Part shown: piece by piece, positions 29,552 through 39,420 of the stretch | Position numbering within the stretch: the stretch's first letter is position 1 | Layout: each line of letters opens with the position of its first letter | Source of the DNA: Thermodesulfobacteriota bacterium | GTDB lineage: Bacteria; Desulfobacterota; Binatia; Bin18 | Direction: 5' to 3' | Assembly: GCA_964291405.2 (NCBI GenBank) | Contig: OZ219926.1 | Span: 3,008,001-3,072,000, forward strand | Length of the DNA stretch: 64,000 nucleotides | Translations under genes and position numbers: made by a program | Notes under the pieces: generated by a model | Told to the model about the DNA's origin: nothing | Database searches by the model: none | What the model saw: the letters and a program-made list of their open reading frames with translations, nothing else

Positions 29552-30775
29552 CTATGAATTTTTCTCAAACAGGACGCCGGTCTCGCGTAGCTGTTGCACC
29601 TCTTCGGGCGAACGTTTCAGATATGCGGTGAGAATCTCCTCGTTATGCTGTCCCAGGGTGGGAGCGTTGAGCGGCAGGTCGTCCGGGAAACGGGAAAAGC
29701 GGAGCGGCATGCCGGGGATATCAAACTCGCCGACAATGGGGTCATCGATGGTGCGTACGGTGCCGCGTTCCCGTAGATGGGGGTGCTGCGTCGTCTCCGC
29801 TACCGATAAGACCGGTGCAACCGGCACCCCGAACTGCTCCATATGGGCAACCGCGCTCTCAACATCGGGAAAGGTTGCCTGCAACCAGTCTTCGATAATC
29901 TGGACGACCTCGTCCCGATGTTCGAGACGCAGCGCCTCGGTGCCATAGCGCTCGTGTTCCACCAGCTCCGGTTTCTCCATGGCCGCACACAGGTCCTTCC
30001 AGTGATGCAGAAAGGCCATGATGACCACCGAGCCGCCCTTGGCCCGAAAGATACCCGCCGGACAGACATAGGTTAAATGCCGGCCGGCCCGGGTCGGATT
30101 CATCTTGCCCTTAGTGCCGCTGTACTGATGCACGTTGACCTCGTGGTAGTGGTAGTACACGTCCAGCAGGCCGATATCGAGGTGCTGGCCCTCACCGGTA
30201 CGGTCGCGGTAGCGCAGAGCGGACACCACGGCCAGGGCGGCGTGGACGCCCGTGCTCACATCACCCATCCCGACCAGCGGCAGATACGGAGCTTCGTCCG
30301 GGTCGCCGATCATGGAGGTAACCCCGGAGTAGGCCTGGGCAATATAGTCATAGCCGGGTTTGGTTGACAGCGGCCCCTTCTGGCCCAGAGCCGAGATTGA
30401 GCACAGGATAATATCCGGCTTGATTTTCTTGAGGTCCTCATACCCCAGCCCCATCTGGGCGATCACGCCGGGCTTGAAATTCTCGACCACCACATCCATC
30501 TCCGCCACCAGCTCCTTGATAATGTCCATGGCTTTGGGGTCGCGGATATTTACGCACAAGCTCTTCTTGCCCAGATTCTGCTGAATGAAGTACAGGCTGC
30601 GTTCCTTCTCAAAGACCGAGATGCCGCGCACCATATCACCGCGGGGCGCGGACTCGACCTTAATCACATCGGCGCCCATCTCAGCCATCATCCGGGTGCA
30701 GCTCGGTCCGGCCAGGGCCCGGGTAAAATCCAAAACCCGCAAATCGCTCAAAATATGTTCCATTCCGTATGCCAT
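29552..30775 (-). CDS. Family III (CaiB/BaiF) CoA-transferase, paralog B
   Basis: Same motifs as paralog A; both end in LFEKNS. Confidence 0.92.
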   Translation of the reverse strand: MAYGMEHILSDLRVLDFTRALAGPSCTRMMAEMGADVIKVESAPRGDMVRGISVFEKERSLYFIQQNLGKKSLCVNIRDPKAMDIIKELVAEMDVVVENFKPGVIAQMGLGYEDLKKIKPDIILCSISALGQKGPLSTKPGYDYIAQAYSGVTSMIGDPDEAPYLPLVGMGDVSTGVHAALAVVSALRYRDRTGEGQHLDIGLLDVYYHYHEVNVHQYSGTKGKMNPTRAGRHLTYVCPAGIFRAKGGSVVIMAFLHHWKDLCAAMEKPELVEHERYGTEALRLEHRDEVVQIIEDWLQATFPDVESAVAHMEQFGVPVAPVLSVAETTQHPHLRERGTVRTIDDPIVGEFDIPGMPLRFSRFPDDLPLNAPTLGQHNEEILTAYLKRSPEEVQQLRETGVLFEKNS

Positions 30776-30803
30776 CGTGTTCCTCCGTTTCAGATATGTG
30801 CTC

Positions 30804-31583
30804 TCAGTCCCACATCAGCCCGCCGTCAACATTGAACGATTGGCCGGTGATATTACGCGCTTCATCCGAGGCCAGGAAGACGGCCATATTGGCAATATCA
30901 TCCGGGCTGTTGGAGCGCTTGAGGGGAATCGAGGCATCAAGCCGGGCAGTCGCCTGTTCTTCGCTTATCCCTTCGCGCTCGGTCAGTTGTTTCATGACGT
31001 TGGTGTACAAATCCGTACGGGTAGCACCGGGGCAGATGGCATTCACATTAATATTATGTTTGGCGAGCTGCGAGGCGCCGATACGGGTCATGGCGATAAC
31101 CGCCCCCTTTGAGCCGGCGTACGAGATATTTGACGTACCCCGAAAGCCCTTGCCGGCGATGGACGCGATATTCACGATTCGGCCTTCTTTGCGTTTTGCC
31201 ATCTCGCGCGCCACGGCCTGCATACAGAAAAAGACGCCCTTGGCATTCACCGAATGAATCCAGTCCCAATCCTCTTCGGTGACATCAAAAAACCCCAGGC
31301 TTTTGGTGACGCCGGCGTTGTTGACCAGAAGATCAATCCGGCCAAAGGTTTCCATTGCGGTGGTGACCATGGCGTTGATGTCTTCCACCCGGCCCATGTC
31401 CGTTTTGACAAAGAGGCCGCGGCGGTCGTGGGCGCTCACCTCAGCCGCGGTCTGCTTGCCGGTGACTTCATTGATTTCTGCGCCCACCACATGGGCACCC
31501 TCTTTGGCACATCGCAGGGCAATGGCCTTGCCCATGCCGGTCCCAATCCCTGTCACAATGGCGATTTTCTCTTTGAGCAACAT
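30804..31583 (-). CDS. Short-chain dehydrogenase/reductase
   Basis: TGIGTGMG, NNAG, YAGSK; GAAGGAGG RBS. Confidence 0.92.
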   Translation of the reverse strand: MLLKEKIAIVTGIGTGMGKAIALRCAKEGAHVVGAEINEVTGKQTAAEVSAHDRRGLFVKTDMGRVEDINAMVTTAMETFGRIDLLVNNAGVTKSLGFFDVTEEDWDWIHSVNAKGVFFCMQAVAREMAKRKEGRIVNIASIAGKGFRGTSNISYAGSKGAVIAMTRIGASQLAKHNINVNAICPGATRTDLYTNVMKQLTEREGISEEQATARLDASIPLKRSNSPDDIANMAVFLASDEARNITGQSFNVDGGLMWD

Positions 31584-31642
31584 GCTGTCCCTCCTTCGCT
31601 GGCAATGTCGTCTTATAAACTGTGGGTGAGGGGGCTGCGCCC

Positions 31643-32683
31643 TTATGGGTGAAACTCTGGCATCACTTCCTTGGCAAACAGCTCCAACCCCTGACACGCC
31701 CGCTGAGGGTCCCGGCCACCGGCGTGAAAATAGAACGCCACCTGATCGAGGCCAAACTCGTCGTTGAGCTCGTACAGCCGGCGGCGGCACTCGGCCGGGG
31801 TGCCCACAACCGCACGTTTTTCCACATCGTCCGGCATGGAGAGAATAAATTCGAGGTAGGAACGCATGGGGTCGTGTGCCGGGACTTGATGGAGTGCCTC
31901 ACGGGGCACAAATGAGGTAATTAATTCTGTATAGGCCCGTGTGGTCTCTCTCGCGTCGCGTACGGCTTCCTGATGATCGTTATGCACGAACAGAAAGAAG
32001 ATACACGTCGTCCGGGTTGGCCCATGGCCGTGTTCCTGCAATGTGGCGCGGTAATGCTGGAGTCGGGAGACGACCTCGGGATGGGGTGCGCTCAACCACG
32101 GGACGACAAACGCATTGTCTCCGACCTGACCGGCTCCCTCAAACGATTCACGACTGAGGGTGCCGCGATAGATCGGGGGGTGGGGCTGCTGGACCGGCTT
32201 GGGGCCGACAGACAACGACGGCACCTGCCAGAATTCGCCCTGATATTCAAAGGGGTCCTCAGTCCAGGCCCGTCGGATAATCTCCAGGGACTCTTCGTAG
32301 CGCGCGCGACTCTCGGCCTGATCAACACAAAATCCTTCAAAGTGCTTTGGAATAATCCCGCGTCCGGCCCCAAAGTTGAGCCGGCCGTTGCTCAGGATAT
32401 CGAGCATGGCAAAGTCTTCGGCCTTCCTGAGCGGATTCTCAAACGGCAAGAGGCTGATCGCCGTGCCCAGCCGGATACGCGAGGTCTCGCGCGCCACGGC
32501 GGTCAGAAACATTTGCGGACTGGGACAAATACCAAACGCGTAGAAGTGTTCCTCACCCAGCCAGATCGAGTCAAAGCCGAGCTCCTCGGCCAGGATGCAG
32601 GTCTCAAGGGTATCTTGAAAATACTGCGCCTCGTCTTGCTTGTCGCGGAAAAAATCAAAAAGAGAAAACAGACCAAACTCCAT
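31643..32683 (-). CDS. LLM flavin-dependent oxidoreductase
   Basis: GEEHF, ENPLRKAED, GAGRG. Confidence 0.9.
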   Translation of the reverse strand: MEFGLFSLFDFFRDKQDEAQYFQDTLETCILAEELGFDSIWLGEEHFYAFGICPSPQMFLTAVARETSRIRLGTAISLLPFENPLRKAEDFAMLDILSNGRLNFGAGRGIIPKHFEGFCVDQAESRARYEESLEIIRRAWTEDPFEYQGEFWQVPSLSVGPKPVQQPHPPIYRGTLSRESFEGAGQVGDNAFVVPWLSAPHPEVVSRLQHYRATLQEHGHGPTRTTCIFFLFVHNDHQEAVRDARETTRAYTELITSFVPREALHQVPAHDPMRSYLEFILSMPDDVEKRAVVGTPAECRRRLYELNDEFGLDQVAFYFHAGGRDPQRACQGLELFAKEVMPEFHP

Positions 32684-32730
32684 GAGAAACTCCTTATGCA
32701 GGCAGGACGAGTTGATCTCGCCCCTACGGT

Positions 32731-33777
32731 CTAAAGAGATGAACGAAATTCCGGCATGACCTCATTGGCAAACAATTCCAACCCATAGCGCGCCCGCTTG
32801 GGGTCGCGCGCCCCGGCGTGAAAATAAAAGGCAACCTGGTCCAGCGTGAACTCATCGTCCAACTCGTGCAGCCGGCGGCGGCATTCGGCCGGTGTGCCGA
32901 CCACCGCGCGCTCCTCAATCTGCTCGGGCATGGCTCGGGCGAAGTCGATGAACTGTCTGACCGGATCGGCGGTGTTCATCTTGGTCAGCAGTTCCGCGGG
33001 AATCATATTCGTGAACAGGTTGGTGTAGGCACGGGTGACGTCCTGTCCCTCGCGTAGCGCCACATTATGGTCCGGGTCCACGAACAGAAAGAAGATGCAG
33101 GTGGTCCGCTTCTGGCCATGCCCGTTTTCTTCGAGCAGGGTACGATACCGCTGGACTCGCTTCCGCACTGAGGGGTGGGGACCGGTGAGCCAGGGCACGA
33201 TGAAGGCATTATCGCCGATGATCCCCGCGCCTTCAAATGACTCCCTGCTGATCGTCCCACGATAGATGGGCGGGTGGGGCCGCTGTACGGGTTTGGGTCC
33301 AAGCGATAACGACGGCACCTGCCAGAATTCGCCCTGATACGCAAAGGGGTCCTCGGTCCAGGCACGACGGATGATTTCCAGGGACTCTTCATAGCGCGCG
33401 CGGCTCTCGCGCAGCGGGACCCGAAAGCCCTCGAAGTGTTTGGCAATAATGCCGCGCCCGACCCCGAAGTCGAGTCGTCCGTTGCTCAGGATATCGAGCA
33501 TGGCAAAGTCCTCGGCCTTCCGCAGCGGATTCTCAAACGGCAGCAGACTGATCGCCGTGCCCAGTCGAATCTGCGAAGTCTCACGGGCGACCGCGGTCAG
33601 GAATATCTGCGGACTCGGGCAAATCCCAAAGGAGTAGAAATGCTCTTCGCCGAACCAGACTGAGTCAAAGCCCAACTCTTCGGCCAGAATGCTCAGTTCC
33701 AGCGTATCCTGAAAATACCGGACCTCATCCTGGCGGTCACGGAAAAAGTCGAATAACGAAAATAAGCCGAACTCCAC
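32731..33777 (-). CDS. LLM flavin-dependent oxidoreductase, close paralog of 31643-32683 (GTG start)
   Basis: EFGLFSLFDFFRD N-terminus shared with neighbour; GGAGGGGG RBS. Confidence 0.9.
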   Translation of the reverse strand: MEFGLFSLFDFFRDRQDEVRYFQDTLELSILAEELGFDSVWFGEEHFYSFGICPSPQIFLTAVARETSQIRLGTAISLLPFENPLRKAEDFAMLDILSNGRLDFGVGRGIIAKHFEGFRVPLRESRARYEESLEIIRRAWTEDPFAYQGEFWQVPSLSLGPKPVQRPHPPIYRGTISRESFEGAGIIGDNAFIVPWLTGPHPSVRKRVQRYRTLLEENGHGQKRTTCIFFLFVDPDHNVALREGQDVTRAYTNLFTNMIPAELLTKMNTADPVRQFIDFARAMPEQIEERAVVGTPAECRRRLHELDDEFTLDQVAFYFHAGARDPKRARYGLELFANEVMPEFRSSL

Positions 33778-33937
33778 GAATCCCCCCTCCTTGAATCGCC
33801 TGTGTGAAGTACATGACCTGCCCACAAGCCGCGCCCCGCGTGACGCTGTACGTCCCAGCAATATACGCGGTCGCCTCATCTGCCAAGAGCAAGAGAAGTG
33901 CAAAGTTTTCCGGTGGAAAAGGAATGGGGAGCGGGAT

Positions 33938-34681
33938 ATGCTTCCCACAATGCGTCGCCAACTCAAATGGAAGCTGGTTGTGACGGGCATCCTGGTGTGG
34001 ATGCTCTCTATGTCTCTTGCGTATGGGGCGGAACTCGATACGCTGACCGACAGGATTGTCGGCGGCACCTCGCTGCTGCACGCTCACCGGCCCAGCTTTA
34101 GTACCCGGACGCTGCACGAGGCGGCGCTCCGCCTTCAACAGTCGATCTACTCTCGAACAGGCACGTCGCGCAGACAGTATGCCGAGCTGACCGCTGCGTT
34201 TAGAAATGTCCGCGCGTCTCACGGATTTGCCCTGGACCGTGAGGTGGAGTTCATTCTGACCCACCTCCAACAAGATATTCGTGCGCTGGACGGAAGACTC
34301 GTGTCCACGTTTGAGCCCTCTCCGCCTTCCTCTCAGGTGTACTCCTATGGCTTCATTCGGGAGGAGACGTGTCTCGGCGGAAACGCGGACGGTAAGCGCC
34401 CCTGTCCCAACCAGACCAACGTGCTGACGTTCCGACTGCCGCGCGGCGCGGCGCGGATCACCAATTTGGTCGGAGAGTGGCGGGACTACGGACTCAAGGG
34501 AAAGCTGCTGGTCCATATCGACGGCGTCCGGGTGTGGCGGACTGACGTGAAGAAGAAATGGGACCGGGACAGAAAGCTCCTTGATCATCCCGTTCCGTCC
34601 GGGGCAACCGTCAGCCTGCGCAGCGAGAACGGCGACCCGATCTGGATTCGTCGGTTCGAGGTCAAGTACGCCCGGCACTGA
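33938..34681 (+). CDS. Hypothetical secreted protein
   Basis: Basic N-terminus, hydrophobic stretch and LAYG/A cleavage site; fills the gap between genes; family not recognised. Confidence 0.6.
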   Translation: MLPTMRRQLKWKLVVTGILVWMLSMSLAYGAELDTLTDRIVGGTSLLHAHRPSFSTRTLHEAALRLQQSIYSRTGTSRRQYAELTAAFRNVRASHGFALDREVEFILTHLQQDIRALDGRLVSTFEPSPPSSQVYSYGFIREETCLGGNADGKRPCPNQTNVLTFRLPRGAARITNLVGEWRDYGLKGKLLVHIDGVRVWRTDVKKKWDRDRKLLDHPVPSGATVSLRSENGDPIWIRRFEVKYARH

Positions 34682-34766
34682 ACCGCCCGCGCCTCGGAGT
34701 TGACTTCACCGACAGAGTCCAGGATAGTCTGGGGGCTCAAAAAATTCTCCACAGGAGGTGTTCGGT

Positions 34767-35411
34767 ATGAAGATGTATAGCTATCAGCTCAGTAATTTTG
34801 CCGGAAAGTGCCGGGTCGCGGCCTATGAAAAGGGGCTTAACATCGAGTTCCTCGATCCGCGCGAAAACCCTGGACAAAAAGAATACAGAAAAATCAATCC
34901 CACCGGCAAAGTCCCGGCCCTGGAAACCGACGACGGACAGCTCATTGCCGAGTCGGAAGTCATTAACGAGTATCTGGAAGACAAATTCCCGGAGACGCCG
35001 CTGCTGCCGAGCGATGCGGAAGGTAAAGCCGCGGTCCGTTCCATTACCCGCTATCACGATCTGTATATCGATCCACCGATGCGCGCGTGTTTCCCAAAGT
35101 TGTTCGGCCAGGACCTGGACGACCAGTTCATTGCCGACAAGATCGCCGAAGTGAATAATAATCTCGATCAGCTTGAAGCGTCGGTTTCCGACGGGCCGTG
35201 GCTGACCGGCGATAACTTTACCCTGGCAGATGCGGCCATCGCGCCGACCCTGTTCCTCATGGATAATCTGCTGCCGAACTTCGGCTCAAAGAAGCCGTTT
35301 GAGGGCCGGCCTAAACTGTCCGCCTGGTGGCAGCGCATCCAGGAGCGAGAGTCAACCAAGAAGGTACTGGGCGAACAAGGGGCTGCCCTGGCAGCCATGA
35401 TGAAGGGCTAA
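34767..35411 (+). CDS. Glutathione S-transferase (bacterial type)
   Basis: INPTGKVPAL, ESEVINEYLE, FTLAD. Confidence 0.9.
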   Translation: MKMYSYQLSNFAGKCRVAAYEKGLNIEFLDPRENPGQKEYRKINPTGKVPALETDDGQLIAESEVINEYLEDKFPETPLLPSDAEGKAAVRSITRYHDLYIDPPMRACFPKLFGQDLDDQFIADKIAEVNNNLDQLEASVSDGPWLTGDNFTLADAAIAPTLFLMDNLLPNFGSKKPFEGRPKLSAWWQRIQERESTKKVLGEQGAALAAMMKG

Positions 35412-35430
35412 ATCACAATCGTAACAAAAG

Positions 35431-35466
35431 GAAAGAAGGGCGGTTCTTTGACCGCCCTTCTTTCTT
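35431..35466. terminator. Bidirectional intrinsic terminator
   Basis: 14-bp stem GAAAGAAGGGCGGT / ACCGCCCTTCTTTC between convergent genes. Confidence 0.8.
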
Positions 35467-35490
35467 GTGGAAAGTGGGCAGGGAAATGGG

Positions 35491-35850
35491 CTATCCGTCC
35501 GTACACTTGGGGTCGCACTGGGCTGCTTGCCGGGCTGCGTCTTTCTCGCACGACTCGCTTGTCGCATAGGTGTTTTTCTGGTCCAGACACTCCAGGATGC
35601 TGTTGATCTGAACCGTCAGGCAGTTCCTGAGACACTCCGGGGCGTTTTCCCCGCCCGCAGCTTCCAGTTGGTCGTTGACATAGGTATTGAGCGCTCCAAA
35701 CCGGGCCAGGATATTTGTCGCCCCCGTTTCCGCCGGTTTTGAGGGGGTGTAACCCTCTGGATAGTCGTCCGCGGCTCTGACAGGGGCGGCGGCGATAAGG
35801 GCGCCGAAACAGAGCCCACACAGCGTCAGGAGTGTCTTCTTTACTGGCAT
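35491..35850 (-). CDS. Small secreted six-cysteine protein, paralog 1
   Basis: Signal peptide ending VRA; CX3C-X10-C-X12-C-X10-CX3C; homologous to neighbour. Confidence 0.75.
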   Translation of the reverse strand: MPVKKTLLTLCGLCFGALIAAAPVRAADDYPEGYTPSKPAETGATNILARFGALNTYVNDQLEAAGGENAPECLRNCLTVQINSILECLDQKNTYATSESCEKDAARQAAQCDPKCTDG

Positions 35851-35878
35851 ACTTCTCTTCCTTTCTTTCCCCGTTCGA

Positions 35879-36250
35879 TTATGAACCTGAACCGCTACAC
35901 TGCGGGTCGCAGGTCGCCATTTTTTGAGCCGCGTCCTTCTCACACGATTCACTGCCCTCATAAGTATCGTTCGCCTCGGCACAGGCGATGGATTCATTGA
36001 GGGGGATGGTCAGACACGCCCGATAGCATTCCGGCGACTGTTCCCCGCCGGCCGCCTCAAGCTTGTCGGTCATATACGCCGCGACCGCGAAGACGCGGGC
36101 CAGGCTTTTCCGTCCGCCGCCCTCTGCCGGAGTTGAGGGCGTATAGTCCGCGGGGTAGCCGTCCTCGGCAAAGCTTGAAGACAGGCCGATGAAAGCCAGA
36201 CTCAGGACGATCCCGCTCACCCCTACCATTCGGGAGAATATGTGACCCAT
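35879..36250 (-). CDS. Small secreted six-cysteine protein, paralog 2
   Basis: AGGAGAGG RBS, signal peptide ending SFA, identical Cys spacing, shared YTPS/LEAAGGE/SESCEKDAA. Confidence 0.75.
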   Translation of the reverse strand: MGHIFSRMVGVSGIVLSLAFIGLSSSFAEDGYPADYTPSTPAEGGGRKSLARVFAVAAYMTDKLEAAGGEQSPECYRACLTIPLNESIACAEANDTYEGSESCEKDAAQKMATCDPQCSGSGS

Positions 36251-36338
36251 AGCCTCTCCTGCACATTGAAAGAACGAGTGTTTCATACCTTCCTCGCTAC
36301 GGTTGCGCAACTCCAAAGAGCCGACTAAGGACAAAGGC

Positions 36339-36737
36339 ATGGCTCGCGGGTGGGCGGTGAAGAGACGCAGGCGTTCTACCCTGGCTGCCTGGATGAACTG
36401 GCTGTGCCAGCTTGCCACCGTTCTTGTGGCCTTTTGGTGGCCGGCCCTGCTCTCCGACCCCATCTATACCTCCCGACAGGTCCGTCTGGCCGGTCAGCAC
36501 GTTGCCTTGCCGGGGGGTGCTGTTCCGCAGACCGCAGAAGAGCGGGCAATGGCCATCTTCTGGATGTGGAAGCACCGTACGTTGGCACAGGACCCCTGGC
36601 TCTTCGGGCCGTGCCGCGGGCTGCGGGATGTCAATGGCCGTACGCAGACCCTGCTGGTGATTGCGGGTATCTGGCTCGTACGAGCGGGGATCTTTGTCCG
36701 GCAGCGCTCCACTGCCAAGCGCACTCAATACCTCTGA
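36339..36737 (+). CDS. Hypothetical membrane protein
   Basis: ORF fills the intergenic gap, AAGGA upstream, two hydrophobic segments; no family recognised. Confidence 0.3.
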   Translation: MARGWAVKRRRRSTLAAWMNWLCQLATVLVAFWWPALLSDPIYTSRQVRLAGQHVALPGGAVPQTAEERAMAIFWMWKHRTLAQDPWLFGPCRGLRDVNGRTQTLLVIAGIWLVRAGIFVRQRSTAKRTQYL

Positions 36738-36805
36738 GACCGCCGTTTCTTTCCTGGATTTCTGGGTGGCGCCGTGGTAGAGGCTAAACAAAGGGGGAGG
36801 GTCTT

Positions 36806-38854
36806 ATGTCTCATACTGTCCAGGTTGTATGCCCGCACGATTGTCCGGATTCCTGTCTCATGGATGTGACGGTTGAGCACGATCGAGCGGTTAGTATCAA
36901 GGCGAGCAAAGAACATCCGTTTACGCGGGGGGCCTTGTGCGCAAAGGTCAACAAATTTCTGGATCGGGTGTACGCGCCGGACCGCTTGCTGTATCCGGTC
37001 AAGCGCGTCGGCCCGAAAGGACCCGGAGCGCAGTTCGTCCGGATTTCGTGGGATGAAGCTGTCTCGACCATTGTGGAGAAGATGCAGGCCACGATGGCAA
37101 CGCACGGACCGCAGTCCATTCTGCCGTATTCATACCGGGGCAATAACGGGGCGTACCAGAGCAACGGGATCGACCGCCGCTTCTTTCATGCGCTGGGCGC
37201 CTCCACCCTGGCCCGCACGATTTGCGCTGGCGGGCTGCTTGGCGCAATGGATTACTCCGATGTGTTCTTTGGTTTTGCTCCAGAGGGACTGGTTGAGAGT
37301 AAACTCATCATCTTCTGGGCCGCTAATCCACTGAACACGGGCTTCCATGTCTGGCCATTCGTCCGCCAGGCACAGCGGCGAGGGGCGCGGCTGATTACCA
37401 TTGATCCGTATCGTTCGCGAACCGCCCGGGCGTGCGATGAGCATATTGCCATCCGGCCAGGAACCGACGCCGCCTTGGCCTTGGCCATGATGAAGGTCAT
37501 TGAAGAAGAAGGGTTGGCCGATCTTGACTATATAGAGCAGCATACCATCGGTGCCGAGCCATTTTTCAGACGCCTGCGCTCCCTCTCGCTCCCGGACTTG
37601 GCGCAGACGTGCGACGTTCCGGTGACGACGATTCAGGACCTGGCGCGCACCTATGCGACGACCCGGCCTGCGGCGATCCGAACCGGCGTCGGCATCCAGC
37701 GCAGCGGTGGCGGGGCAGCGGCCGTCCGGGCCGTGGCTTGTCTGCCCGCGCTAACCGGTGCCTGGCGTGAGGTTGGCGGGGGCTTGTGCAACTTCGGTGG
37801 AGCCATGTTTACCGCCCAGAATATGAAACAGGCCATGCGCTTTGATCTCTCGCCGGAGGGTACGCGTGAGATCAATATGATGCGGCTGGCCGAGCATCTG
37901 CTCGATCCCAGTTTTGATCCGCCCATTAACGTGCTGTATGTCTACAATTGCAATCTGGCTGCCTCGCTGCCTGATCAGGCCGGACTCAGGAGTGCGCTGC
38001 AACGTGCAGACCTGTTTACCGTCGTCCACGACCTCTTCCTGACGGATAGTGCGGACTATGCGGATATCGTCTTGCCGGCGACTTCTCCACTTGAGCAGGA
38101 TGATATGATTCTGGCCTACGGCGGTGATTTTGGCAGCTTCAGCCGTAAGGCGCTTGAACCGCTGGGCGAAGCAAAATCGAATGCCGACGTGTTTCAGTTG
38201 TTGGCAACCGGGCTGGGTATCACTGAGCCAGCGGTGCATGCCTCGGCGGAGGAATTTACCGGCGAAGCCCTCAAGGCCGGGCTGTCTGCCGACGAATTCC
38301 TGTCTCGTCCTTTTATGCAGACCCGCCCTGAGCCGAACCTGCTGCCCCGAGCGCAGGGCGGCTTCCTGACCCCTTCGGGAAAGTTCGAGTTCTGGTGCGA
38401 AAAAATGGAGCGGGACGGTCTTGACCCGCTACCGGCCTTTGTCCCTCCCCATGAGACCCTGGGCGAGGGGCCGTTTCCGTTGAATTTCCTTCCGCGCAAG
38501 CATAAGGATTCGCTGAATTCCTCCTATGGCCATCTGCCGGTGATGCGCCGTCAGGAATCCATGGCCCGGACCTTGGAAATCCACCCGCACGATGCGGCCG
38601 CCCGCGGATTGGACACGGGTGATGAGGTGCGGGTGTTCAACGACCGTGGGGCGTTCGTTCTGCCAGTTGTCATATCCGAGCGGGTTCAGACCGGCACGGT
38701 CGCAACCTTCTGGGGCTGGTGGGACAAACTGTCCGGGGGGAAGGGCAACGTCAATAATGTGACTTCGACTCAACTGACGGACGTGGGCGGCGGCGGTACC
38801 TTTTATGACTGCCGCGTTGAGGTCGAACGCTGGGATGGGCAGGTGCTCTCATAA
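36806..38854 (+). CDS. Molybdopterin (bis-MGD) oxidoreductase, uncharacterised subfamily
   Basis: [13 protein letters not shown] 4Fe-4S motif, [32 protein letters not shown]. Confidence 0.9.
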   Translation: MSHTVQVVCPHDCPDSCLMDVTVEHDRAVSIKASKEHPFTRGALCAKVNKFLDRVYAPDRLLYPVKRVGPKGPGAQFVRISWDEAVSTIVEKMQATMATHGPQSILPYSYRGNNGAYQSNGIDRRFFHALGASTLARTICAGGLLGAMDYSDVFFGFAPEGLVESKLIIFWAANPLNTGFHVWPFVRQAQRRGARLITIDPYRSRTARACDEHIAIRPGTDAALALAMMKVIEEEGLADLDYIEQHTIGAEPFFRRLRSLSLPDLAQTCDVPVTTIQDLARTYATTRPAAIRTGVGIQRSGGGAAAVRAVACLPALTGAWREVGGGLCNFGGAMFTAQNMKQAMRFDLSPEGTREINMMRLAEHLLDPSFDPPINVLYVYNCNLAASLPDQAGLRSALQRADLFTVVHDLFLTDSADYADIVLPATSPLEQDDMILAYGGDFGSFSRKALEPLGEAKSNADVFQLLATGLGITEPAVHASAEEFTGEALKAGLSADEFLSRPFMQTRPEPNLLPRAQGGFLTPSGKFEFWCEKMERDGLDPLPAFVPPHETLGEGPFPLNFLPRKHKDSLNSSYGHLPVMRRQESMARTLEIHPHDAAARGLDTGDEVRVFNDRGAFVLPVVISERVQTGTVATFWGWWDKLSGGKGNVNNVTSTQLTDVGGGGTFYDCRVEVERWDGQVLS

Positions 38855-38876
38855 GACAGTTCAAGAGGAATCACAC

Positions 38877-39296
38877 ATGCCACGAATGGAGCCCGTCGAT
38901 AATCTTCCGACCGCCGTCATCCGGGTCCGCATGAGCGCGCATGATGCCCACTATGGAGGCAATCTGGTTGACGGCGCGAAAATGTTGCAACTCTTCGGAG
39001 ATGTGGGAACAGAGTTGAATATCCGTTTGGACGGGGATGAAGGGCTGTTTCGCGCCTATGACAATGTGGAGTTTCTCGCCCCTGTCTATGCCGGAGATTT
39101 TATTGAGGCGCAGGGGCGTATCACTAGGGTCGGACGCACCTCCCGCACCCTCGAATTTGAAGCCTGGAAAGTCATTGCCCCGCGGCCGGACCTCTCGGAT
39201 TCGGCCGCAGAGGTGCTGGAAGAGCCTGTTTTGGTCTGCAAGGCGAGTGGAACGGGAGTCACACTGCTCGAAAGACAGCGGCGGAAGGGTGGCTAG
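38877..39296 (+). CDS. kal: 3-aminobutyryl-CoA ammonia-lyase-like hotdog-fold protein
   Basis: [45 protein letters not shown]. Confidence 0.75.
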   Translation: MPRMEPVDNLPTAVIRVRMSAHDAHYGGNLVDGAKMLQLFGDVGTELNIRLDGDEGLFRAYDNVEFLAPVYAGDFIEAQGRITRVGRTSRTLEFEAWKVIAPRPDLSDSAAEVLEEPVLVCKASGTGVTLLERQRRKGG

Positions 39297-39420
39297 AGCG
39301 TTTCACGGTAGGCTCCAGCCATGCAGTTACGCGCTCGTCATGCTGGAGTGATCCAGCATCTAGCGGCCGAGTCGCCCGGACCGGACTACTATGGTGGAAC
39401 AGTGAGAAAAAAGAGTCACC

